DNA of 64,000 nt. It comes from Oikopleura dioica (taxonomy: Eukaryota; Animalia; Chordata). The DNA is taken from contig OU015566.1 of the NCBI GenBank assembly GCA_907165135.1, positions 8,680,001 through 8,744,000 on the forward strand, in the 5' to 3' direction. A program made the position numbers and the translations under genes. Numbering within the stretch: position 1 is the first letter of the stretch; each line of letters starts with the position of its first letter. This document shows, piece by piece, positions 12,001 to 24,000 of this stretch. Below the pieces are notes generated by a model. That model saw only the letters and a program-made list of their open reading frames with translations, did not search any database and was not told where the DNA came from.

Positions 12001-15000
12001 AAATAGAGCCTTGCGATTGCTTCGCCTTAATTTTTCCTGTTGATACTTTGAAGCCGACTTGGTTAGACGTCAGATCATTCTTTATCTTCACACTTGTTGG
12101 CTGTGGCACGTCAATTGTAGAAATTCCAGCGCCGATTGGTGCAAAGGGAACGAAATCAAAACATTCTTCTTCATCAGAAGTCTCATCGAGTGACAATGGA
12201 ATCGAAACAGATGCAGTCAAGGATCCATCAGCGAACTCTATAATTCCAGAGAGCTTGTCATATTTTTTGCTTTCCGATACTGTCTTCCAGGGAAGTTGGC
12301 AGGCGCCACCTGGAGCGGATCGAGTGTATGTGATGACCGCTTTTTTCTCAGACTGCTTGACGACAACAGCTGGCTGTGATGGCTTCATCTCGACTCCTTT
12401 GACATCCATGTCAACTTGAATAAGTGCCTTGGAGTTTCCAATCGCACAAGCTTGGCGGGAATCAGCAGTGTGGATATCTGCTTTGACGAGTTCGAAGTCG
12501 ATTCCGATCGCATCCAACGAGCTCGGACTAGATGGAAGGGCCAGATTAATGGCTTTCGAAGGCTCTGCATCTTTGAGCTCAATGATTCCTGTTTGAATAG
12601 GAAAGTCTGGTGTATCTGGTTTCGCGATCCATGCAACTTCGATTGCAGTCGGAATCGGGCTCTCTGATCGCGTAACTAGAATTGATGCACTTCCGGAGGT
12701 TTGACGCGCTTGAACGAGCGCTTTCGAAACGGAAACATCTATCTTCGGCAAAGCCAAATCGTAGGTTACTTTTAGCGGAAGAACACTTTTGTCGCCAATA
12801 TTGGAGCCTCGAACGGCTTCGATGGCAATTTCGATGACTTCTTCCTTTACGATCGACGGGAATTGAGGAAGCTCGATTTCAATGTCTTTCATCAAATCTG
12901 TCTGACCAAATTGCAACAAGCCTCGTAGATTGAATAATGGGCTCTTCGTATTAGGAGATGTTACTTTCCAGCCAACGAGACCTTCCGCCTGAATATTATT
13001 GCTTCTGATGATGGGAATGGCTATCTTTCCGGAGGATTGCTTAGCTTCGAATGACTTCGATTTGAATTCGAAGACTGGTAAGGGAACATCATTCATCACA
13101 GAGATTTCGTGAATAACTTCGTCGCCAAGTTCACTGACGCCTTCGACTCCAATGAGTGCAACTTTAATCTTTGTGACTGGCTCATCGAAGGATAACTGAT
13201 CAAGGTGAATTTCAATCAGTCCTTCAGAAACTCCATCGGGAATGATCATCGTCTTTGGTTCTTTTTGATCAACAGAATATGCAATTTTCATATCCCCAGA
13301 AAGATTTTTTGATCTTTTTACAGGAATTTCGACAACGGGGGTTGACTGGCGACTCACTGTTTGTTTCGGGAGGACGAAGTCAACCTTTGCTTTTGCGACA
13401 TCATGAGCGACGGTAACGTGACAAGAAAGGTCATCAACAGTTTGAGAAATCAGACCCTTATTTTCGGGAATATCGATGATTATATCAAAGTCTATGCTCT
13501 CTATCTTTTGGACATCTTTGGGAACATTTATGATGATTTCACATGTTCCATCTGCATTGATTTTCGCCTTTCCACTGAGTTTGTATCCAGGAACAGGCTT
13601 CTTTGCTTTCCAGGCGATTTCGCGACCAGCAGCAGATATGGGTGAGGTCAATTTTAGCTTGATATCGCCATCAGACTGGTTGAACTGTATGTTTGGACTT
13701 GTGAATTTGTAGGCCGGACAGTCGTCAACAACTTTGACTTTGCATTTGGGATTGTTGATGGAGACAAATGGCGCACCGGTAACCTCACGAATGAAGACTT
13801 CGTATTCCTTAACTTTGACCATGTCAATATCCATTGAGATAACAGCTTGGCTCTGATCTCCAGAGAAGATAATTTGTCCTTTCTGTTCATTTTTGAGTCC
13901 TTCGGAATGCCATGAAACAGTTATTTTCAATTTTGGCGTTCTATTGTTCGCGACGCATGTGACGGGAAGCTCCACTTTGCCAAGGCGTTTCGATGCAACG
14001 CAGATTGGATCAGAGAAATTTATCTTTGTCGGTTCGATATCGTACTCGATGTTTACAGTGGCCGCAGCTTGAGCAGAAACCATTTGATGCTCCTCTGTCG
14101 ATGGAAGAAGTTTGACCGTTACTTTTTCGGTTGTCACGGAAATCGGAGTAGGATCGAATTCCATCTCGATGTTGGCCTTGGAGCTGTGGGCATCGAAAGT
14201 GATAAATTCAGGCTTTCCCGTATTCCATTCGGAAATTTTAAGCGGAGAGCTCGTCTTGTATTCCAATTTGCAAGGCTTGGTCAAGTTGTTAAGTCGTCTG
14301 ACAGCAACATTGCCAACAGAATCTGACTGTTTGAAACTGAAATCATCTGACGAGAATTCAAAGAACGTCAAATTCATCTTGACATCAATCGTCGCGGTCG
14401 AATTATCGCCAAGGCAGGCATAAGTTCCTTTCGGCTCGTAAAGTTCGATTTCAGCATGAAACTTCTCTTTTTCAAACATTGTTTGAGCAATCGGAAGATC
14501 GAGAATATAAAATTCTTGCGTCTCATCAAATGCGAGTCTTCCTTCAGACATCTCGAAGGGATGAGTATCTGTTGTCAGTCTCCAACGAACTGATGCCAAT
14601 CCAGCAGAAGCAGATCGCTTGACTGGAATGCTGACATGATTTTCAGACTGAAGAACCGAGAATTCAGCCTGATCGAAGTCAAATCTTGCTGCTTTGAGAT
14701 CGTTATCGACGACGAATGAACAGGTCATTGGTATGACGACTTCTTCATCATTGATAGCTTCGAGCTCAACAGTGACTTCATCTTTTTTGTGATGACCAGG
14801 GGTTTGATCGAGTTCGACGTCAATTTTCTTCTTGAGCTCTCCATTGAGAAATTTGATTTCGTAAATTTTGTTGTAGAAGGGATTCGAACTGCATTTTTGA
14901 GAAAGCTTGAGAGTAGCACTTCCAGACGCGTTCCCGCTTCGAGTAATTGTAAGCTTTCCAGAACTGTCAGATTGAGTGAAAAATAGAGGTGATGTAACGC

Positions 15001-18000
15001 CAGCTTCGAATTGAAAATTGGCAGGTTTGATATCGTACACAAGCTGAACTGTACATTGCTTCTTTTCTCCAAGTTGAACTGGAGCATCAGGAATAAGTGT
15101 TACTGTGAGCTCATCGTCAGAGAGGTCAGGCACCGGTGATTGACTTATATTAATTTCTAGTGTTTGGAGCTCTTCATTTGGTTGGAATGAAAATGATCCA
15201 GTTAGGTTGTTATAAGGTGATTTTGCACCAAATTTCGAGGAGATTTTCCAATTGACATTAATGGCGTCAGTTTTAGCGTACATTCGGCAGACGGGCAAAA
15301 CAAGTTTCTTGTCCGATTGCACAACACTTGCTTTTTCCGTGGTAAAGGATACAGTAGGACGTTTGATGTCGTTGATAACAGTAACTTCAGCTGCGTGTAT
15401 AGCCCCCAACATCGGGTTGTTTTCACCTCGAGGGTCGTAAAGCTCCACGCAAAACGTGTCTTCATCCACATCTTGTGGAGCTTGTGGGAGGTCGAACTCG
15501 ACCTTGAAGAGACGACTATCTCCTGTGAACTTGGCATTTCCGGTGAGATTTTCGTAGAAAGATTTGGCTCGCGCGTTTGCAACTTTCCATGCGACAACAC
15601 ATTCTCCTTCGCCACCTCGGACAACGGCAACGGAAAAGACTTTTTCTGATTGACGGACGGTAATTTTCTCGACTGGCAGTGATGTCGTCGGTCTCGATAT
15701 GTCGTTGAGAAGAGTGACGGCCATAACTGGATGCTTTCCTAACTTAGGTTTTCGGCGTGCTGGTGAGTTCTGCTCCTCTTGGTCATCAAGAACTGGTACA
15801 GAAAGAACAACAGTGAAGATGACGTGTTCATCCGGACTTGGATCACGAGAGACAGGAATAACAATTGTTCTGTCAACATCACCAGCTCGGAAAGCAACTT
15901 CTCCTTTGATAGCGGCAAATTTTGGATCAAGTGATTTGACGTGGTACTTTGAGCTGACAGGGGTATTCAAAAAGCCAGATCGGTTTATATGAAGTGTGAT
16001 ATCGCCGTCAGACTGCTTTGCCATTATTTCATTCACCAAAAAGCTCAACATCTCAGCTTGGATATCGTTGTTGACGAAAACTTTGGCTGCATTCTTTGTT
16101 TTGTGACCTTCTGGATGATGATCGCCGCCAATTCCGCCAAGACGTAGCATGAGTTTGTTGCTTTCCGCCCAAATCGGAAAATTTGGAAGCTTGAATTTAA
16201 TCTCCGTTGTGCTTTCACCGTCGTCAATCATTTCTCGTCCGCCGACGCCATAGTAAGGAGAGTGCTCATTCGTCACGTCCAAATACCACGGAATAAGAAT
16301 TCTACCTCCCATAAATCTACTTCTAGTAACTGGCAATGAGACATCTCCATTTGTCTGTCTAACTTTTGTTTCAGTTAGATCAAGGGAAATTAAAGGCCTT
16401 GGAATATCATTTTCAATAGCTACTAGAGCCTCAGTTTGTGTCATTTCAGTGCATCGACCACCAACAGGGGGTTCCATAACAATCTTAGCGATGTTTGCGG
16501 AGAATTTTTGCGGAACTTGCACCAGCTTGAATTGGATTGTGGCTTCCTCAGATCCATCCTTCAGCTTTACCACGCCGCGTTGTCGTTCATAGAAGGGATC
16601 TAATGGGTTTTCATGATCGGCGTCCACAACATGCCATCCAATTGTCACATCACCAGTGAGATTTGGCGGGGATCTCACAACTTTGACATCCAAAACTTCT
16701 TCGCTCTGCTTACAAGAGAAGCTTGTCTTTGGCAAAGAAATGATTGTTGCTTTTAGATCGCTCTCAACGCTGACTTTAGCAAGAATATCATCACCGAGTT
16801 TTGGCAAACATGCGCCTTCAACAGCAACCAGAGTAAGGGTGTACTCATCGAGATCAATATTAAGAGGGGTCTTCGAGAAGTCGACTTTGATAAATTTCAA
16901 GTCTTCTCCATCATCAAAACGTTCCCACTTTTCTTCATTGATTCCACTTGTCGAACAAATCTGGCACTTTACCATAACAGGGCCATGTTGGCTAAAATCT
17001 CGCTTGATGGGAACCATGAGATGATCATCTGATTGTCGGCACGTAAAGTCGATTTTGTCGAAAGAAATAACTGGGATTTTGACATCCTGGGAGACAACGA
17101 TTTTGAAGTTAGGCTCTTCAATTTCCGTCATCAATCCACCTCGAGCCTTTTCAATTTCAATGATGTAAGTAGCTTCGAGAACTTCCGATGGTGTCATATC
17201 GATTGCGATTTCGACTTCTTTTTCATCAGCATCATCTGCGTCAAAGAAGACGACCCCTTCGATTGGTCGGAATCCGGGAAGATCAGCTGAGATTTTGTAG
17301 GGAATAGTCACACAATCTGCAGAATTTCCTGATCGAACAATCTTCATTTTGATGGGACCATCAGATTGTTTGGCAGTTTCAGGCTTGATCACGGCGATTT
17401 TGGTGGGCTTGACATCGTGAATAATGTCGATCTCAACATTTTTACATTCTAGTGTCGGACAGCTGAAACCTTCAACATTGTCCATCGAGATAACAATCTT
17501 CCCCATATCACCAGAAAGTGGAACATCAGGAAGAGGGACCTTAAAGTCCATTTCTTCTTCGCCATCTTTCATGATTATTGATCCTGTGTGTCCGTCAAGA
17601 TCACCGCCGAAAATTGAATAGTTTGCTTTGAGCTCGCCTTCGAGATTACCGAATCGTTTCATAGTAAAATCAGCATGTCCAGAAGATTGCAGTGCCTCTG
17701 CTTGCTTTGATTTGACCTCCACGTGACTTCGTGGCAAATCATTGTGCACTTGGAAAACAGCTTCTTTCTTCGGCAAGTCAAATGAATGATCGCTTATGAT
17801 ATCAGTGATGATGACTTTGTAGTTGTCAACATCGGTGTATCGAGGAATGGTTTCAACCGGAATTGAAAAGCTGGCTTCAACTTGTCCCGGAGCAAATGAC
17901 ACTTGAGTTGTGAGGATTTCTTGATTCTCTAAGACGACTTGAGCACTTATGGTCATTGGACAGTCGGCGAATCCTTTACGCAAAAGTGCAACTGGAATTG

Positions 18001-21000
18001 ATCCTGCTGATCGGACAACCATCTGCTCCAATTCGATCACTTCTACCGCGGATGGTTTGATGTCATTCTCCACTGTCATCGTCAAATCTGGCTGCGAGCC
18101 TATCTTACAAACGTCATTCTCTCGGTCAAGACAGACTTGGAAGGTAGAAAAGCTTTCACCGATCGGAATTTTTGGCAAATCAAACTCAATATATCCAAGT
18201 GATTGTCCATCGCCGAAGTTGACCTTTCCTTTGAGCGCAGAAAATGCTGGATGGTCAGATTTAACATACCAGTCAACAGAAACCTCCTCCCGCATGTTCG
18301 TTGTTCTAGCTACAGGAATACGAACGCGTTCAGCACTCTGCTTCAAGTTAAGTTCTGGGAGATCAAAGCTTGCTTTTGGGAAAAGCACGTCTTGCACAAG
18401 ATTGACTGTGCATTTGATATTGTCACCGAGAAGGAAATCTTGATCTTCATCAGCTCCAAGAAGTTGCAATTCAAGTTCAAGCGATTTCGCTGCAGAGGGT
18501 TTCTGGCAAACAGCTAGCTCAATGAATTTTTGATCTTCGCCGATTTCGAATTCCAGAGTTCCAGCATCTTTGCGCCAGTCTCCGGCAAAAAGTCGCTCGC
18601 CATTTTCTCGCCAGCTAACTTTGATTGCATTTGCGGTTCCATCTCGCTTGACTGGGATTTTAATAGTTCCATCGGTCTGTCGCGCTGTCAGCTTTGCATT
18701 AGAAAACTCGACAATTGGCCACTGAATGTCATTCTTGACAAGAATTTCTAGTCTATTTGGATCTCCGAATTCGGCATCGCCGTCAAGGCCAAGAAGCTCA
18801 AAAATATATTTCGCGTCTTTTTCTTTCATCGGATGCGTGGGAAGATCGATGACAATGTCTTGGTCGAAGTCGCCGTCTTTGAAGTTGGCTTGGTATTCTT
18901 TCATGAAACTTTCATCGCCAAGATGCGTCTCACACTGCCACCGAACAGTTGCGTCTCCGAATTGGAATCCGCTACGCTCAAGTTTCAGCTTCAACTGCTT
19001 GTCAGACTGTTTTGGTTCATCTGTTTGAACGGAGAAACCGATCTTTGCCGGTTTGATGTTGTTCTCGATTCTTATGTGGCAATTGAGAAGCTCGCCCAAC
19101 ACTGGTTGAGTGACGGGGTCAAGAATGATGTCGAACTCGGCCTCGTTAGCGCCTTTTGTGACGAGTGGCGATGTGAGGATAATTGACGCTGTGGACTCGC
19201 CAGGATTGAAGACGAGTTGTCCATGGAAATCCTAGGAATGTCACTTTCATCACATGGTGGCCAACTTACCTTGTAATCTTGTCCATTCGACTTTGGGTCA
19301 ACTTTCCAGTTCACGACAACTGGGGCGGTCATCTCCGACGATCGGAACAAGGTAATTTTATGAACACCATCTGATTGCTTGAATGTAAGAGACTTCTCAG
19401 CAAATCCGACTTTTGGCCATCCTAGAAGAGAAAATTAACTTAGCCATCTTTAGAATTGATACACAGCACCACATGCTCCTAACAAGTCAAGAAAACTCGT
19501 ACACACGTACGAGTTTTCCATATCAAATATATTTTCGAATCTTTCGTTCAATAAATTGAATATTCAGCTGGGACTCACGAGCTTTATATTCGAGAAAGAT
19601 AGAAAATAGCAGAAAAAGTCTTGATAATTTATTCTCCTTCGCGCTTGCCCTTCTTCCTGATAGAATTAGTAAAGTCACTAAAATACACCACTTCAAGAAA
19701 TTGATATTATTTTGAAACCACAAATCTTCTGCTGACAATGCTTATTTGCGTCCTTTTATCCTGCTTTTTGATCATATAATGCTACTGCTCAGTTCGAGTT
19801 TTTTGACATTTCATAAAAACTCCCGACTTATTATCATAACCGTGGTCATATCATAGTAGTAGCTAGACAGCATCAAGTTAGGAAGTGATCACCACATGCA
19901 GAATTTTCGAAAACACCACTACGAACTTACAGTGATTCCCCATTTTCATATCGTTTTGAGCCATCAATCTTCAACTTGTGTCTTCGTTGATTTCAAAACT
20001 GACCGTTCGGTGCATTTTTTGTAAAAAATCATAGTGCCCTGCTGTGTCTGCATAGTGTGATTTTTGTGCATTGTGTAAGGTTTTAGTAAAGAAAGCAAAG
20101 AATGCCGAAGTTAGAATTTTGTGAGTAGCTGGAGGAAATTTTGAATTCAAAAATTTGAAAAGATGTTGTGTCAATAACTCACTGATGTCGTTTTCGATCT
20201 TGACTTCTAAGCGCTGCTCGCCATTCTGAATTTGAAAATGGTTTCCTTCATGTTCTTTTTCGGTGCTTTACCTTCAGTCGAGCTCCTCCCTTTGGTCTAT
20301 CGAGGACAATGAAGAAAGACTCGTCTGGGAACTCTTGTGGCTCGGTCGGTAGATCAAGGTGGATCCACAGCTTTGTCTCTCCAGAAGCAAAATCAAGCTC
20401 TCCACTTATTCCCTTGTAGGCAGTATCTTAATTCGGTAAGTATGATGATTAAGTTATAAAAGAACATACGTGTGCTGGAGAAGGGTTGAAGTCTCCAAGG
20501 CTGGGTAACATCTCCATCACTGACTTGTGTTCGGACAACGCAAACGCTCAACCGTCCATTTGATTGTTGTTCAATTTTAGGAAGAGGATCGTAGAAGGCA
20601 ATTTCTCCAGCAGCTAAAACTCTTTTAAAACTGTACTTTGAATATTTTACAAACTTTTATCATTGAGAAGAGACACGGAACACTGAGTTTTGTCGCCGAG
20701 AGAAGCATTGATAGGTTGGTCGAGAGTGATTGTGAACTTTTCCTCTGAGTTGTCCTGTGGCATTTCTGGAACATTGATAGCAAGATCAAGACCTTCATCG
20801 CCACTTCTGAATTGGGCAGTTCCAACAAGACCTCGGAAATATGATCCTTCGGGAGCATCGACTCGCCATTTGACTGTCGCTTCTTCCAAGCATCTTTCAT
20901 GACGCAGAAGTCGTACAGTAATATTTCCATTTGACTGGAGCTGTTTTACAGACTCATCACTAAATTCAATGACACCAGGACCGAGATCATTGTTGAGTGT

Positions 21001-24000
21001 AACGTGACACTTTCCTCGTCGATCTTCCAAATCATAAACGACTCCAGGTTTGAGCTCAACATCGAACTCTTCCACAAGTGGCGTGCCAGAAATATACATT
21101 TGCTTAAATGGAATTCGCACCTCGTCAAATTCCTGTCCATCAGCAAAGTTGAGAACCCCACTGAGTGGCTCGGGAGAGGTGTACGCAATCCAAGGAACAG
21201 TGAGATTTTCCTTGTTCGAAATTTTTCGCTTGACAATGAGAATCAGTTCGCGAGTAGATTGATTAGCGTTGACCTTCGTCTCCATATATCCAATCGTTCG
21301 TTTAGGTGAGAGAATTGTCAACCTGTGTTGGTCGTTGTCACCAATTCTGACGCCATTATTCGACTTGAGCAGTTTGACGAGAAGACACTGAGACTGACCA
21401 GATGGGATGTAGGAGATAGGGATTTCAATAGGAATGCGTTGAAGACCAGCCGGTACTTGAATCGTGCTAACAAATGCTTCAGCGAGCTCAGCTGCGACAT
21501 TCTGATCTACAGAAACTGGGAGAAGCTGGTACTCAAGGTCAAACTCCACCCGATTTCTGCCATCAGAAAGTGCGAGAACTGTTGTCATAACGTCAGTATC
21601 GTGAACAAGAATTTCACTGGATTCGTCGTCGAAACCCACTCGACCACCTTCGAGGTCATTGTGGACTCTAACGGTCAGGCTAGGGACTGGACCAAGTTCA
21701 GCTTTTCCAACAGGTTTGTGCAGCTTGATTGTGAATTCTTCGATAGGAACATCTGATGGCTGACAGTTCAGTGGGAAGTCGATGTGAGTTTCCGATTGGC
21801 CATCATCAAACATGATTTGGCCATTATTTCTGTCATACCAATTATCAGATGAGACAGACCAGCCAACCGGTAAAGCACCGCGATTTCCTCGCGATCGAGT
21901 TAGGGGCAATTGGACAATTTTGTCAGACTGAGAGACTTCCAAGAAGTCTTGAGTAAAACTGACTTGTCCGGGATGCCCAGCTGGAGGAATTGTTATAACA
22001 CAAGAGTCCTTCAATCCAATTCGTCCTGGTCCAGTCGCGACCAGAAGTGATAGTGTGAGGGATACAGGTTCTTCAAGGGGTGCATCGAGCAGATTGAGGT
22101 TGATGACTTTACGGGACTCATTCGGTTTGAAAACGAGCTGTTCAGATTGAGTAAGATAATGTTCGCCTGGTTGAGCAGTATCTGGCTGAGTAGCGTACCT
22201 CAAGGACACGAGATCTTCGAGCTCGCCTTTTACAATAACACCGACGGCAACATCAATTGCGCCGATGTCAGTCGTGATGAAGTCGGTTTCAAATTCAAAC
22301 TCAACGTCTTCGCTCTCTTTGAGGACAGAAATATTTGCCATATTTCTAGCGCCAATAAGGCCATCAGAACATTTGAAAAGCTGAACACAGAATGACTCTG
22401 TATCGGACTTCATTTCCTTGTCGATATCAATTTTTATGATCTGCTCGTGAACTCCTTCGGCGAAAACGATTTCACCAGAGAGGCCATCGTATTTCTCGAG
22501 ATCAGATGAAGCAGACCAGTCAACCTTGACCTCTCCATCAGCACCTCCTTGACGAGCGACAGAGAGATCAATTTGGCCATCATTTTGGCGACAAACTGCT
22601 CGTGTCTTTCTGAACTCGAAGGATCCAGGTTCATGACCACTGATGACTTTGATGATGGCGTCAGGGTATTTTCCCAGCGAAACTGCTGCTTGTCCGCTAA
22701 TCGGTTCGATTTTTACGGAAAGTGACTTGTTAATAAGCAGTTCGAGCATTTCGGTAGGGATTTTCAAGAAAGAGCGATTCTTTGATGCAGCAAATTCAAT
22801 TGAACCAGAAGTTGGGAAGCCTTTTCTTCAAGCATGTCAGTGTGGTCTACAAATGACCACTTGATCTCAGCAGGCTTCTCCAGCGAGCCGATTCGAAGGA
22901 GCGGAAGACCCTGATCACCAGATTTTGCCATGAAAGAAAATTCAGGGCGAGCGAAAGAAATCGAGCAAGGAGCTTGATCAGTCAAGAGTTGAATCGAACA
23001 TGTTTCCTGACCAATTTTACCCATTCCAGAAACGGAATCAATCTTCAATTGCATCTTTCGCGAAACCATCTTTCCATGATTGCCAGGAATGAATGTGATT
23101 GGCACAGAAGCTTGGAACTGTCCGTCTTCGAAGAAAACCTTTGTTCCATCTTCGAACTCGTAGTGAACCTGATTCACTGCCGAGTCTCCGACAGAGCTAA
23201 GTTCTATCTCCAGTGGTCCGTCGGTGCCTCCGTGTCGAAGGATATGAATGTTTTGCTGAATGTCGGCGACTGGGAAGGTCACTTCTGGAACGCCGAAGCC
23301 AACAGTGCCAACGTGTCTGTCATTGATGACATTGACAACAGTTTCCGTTAGATTGCCACCAGTTGTGTTTGGACCATAATCGGAAAGAGAATGTTTTAGG
23401 AGAATTTGTTCGCAGTCCATTAATGGCAGAGGTAGAGTTAGTTCTTTTTGAGACTCGTTAGGTTCAAAGCGAACCTCAACAGGGATCAACTCACTCTCAG
23501 GAAGAATCGAGCCTTCAATTAGCTCTAGATGAATAACACAAGAGGCCTGGCGGTCTTCTTTGCCGATTCGCTTGACAGTCAAAGTATAAGTTTCTTCCGA
23601 AAGTCTGCAAAGATGCTTTTCTTGAGTGAAAGAAATCTTCGCACTATTGCGCATGGCGCCTCTGACATTTTGCTGTCGGACAGCTTCGATTGGATTCGTT
23701 ATCAAGATTTCTTGAGAGTCGCGAGTTACAATGACGGAATCAGAAATTGGAATGATTTTGCAGGTGAAGATAAGGTCATCATTAGTTTCGTCGTCGATCT
23801 CGTCGTCGACGAAAATCTTGACTTGCTGGAGAGTCTCGTTAGCATCAAAGATGACTGCCTTCTTAACAGCAGAATAGTGATGATCTTCTGCTTTAGCAGT
23901 TCCGTCGATAGTTTCAAACAGAACGACTGATGCTTGAGGAGGATCCAGGCGGATTTTTCGCTCCAAGTTTACAATTAATGGAGACATTCCAGCGCCGCGA

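Noticed and set aside
22764-22830. Programmed -1 ribosomal frameshift in the integrin
   Set aside because: There is no X XXY YYZ slippery heptamer (the sequence is A GAA AAG). Similar 1-nt losses elsewhere point to assembly error.
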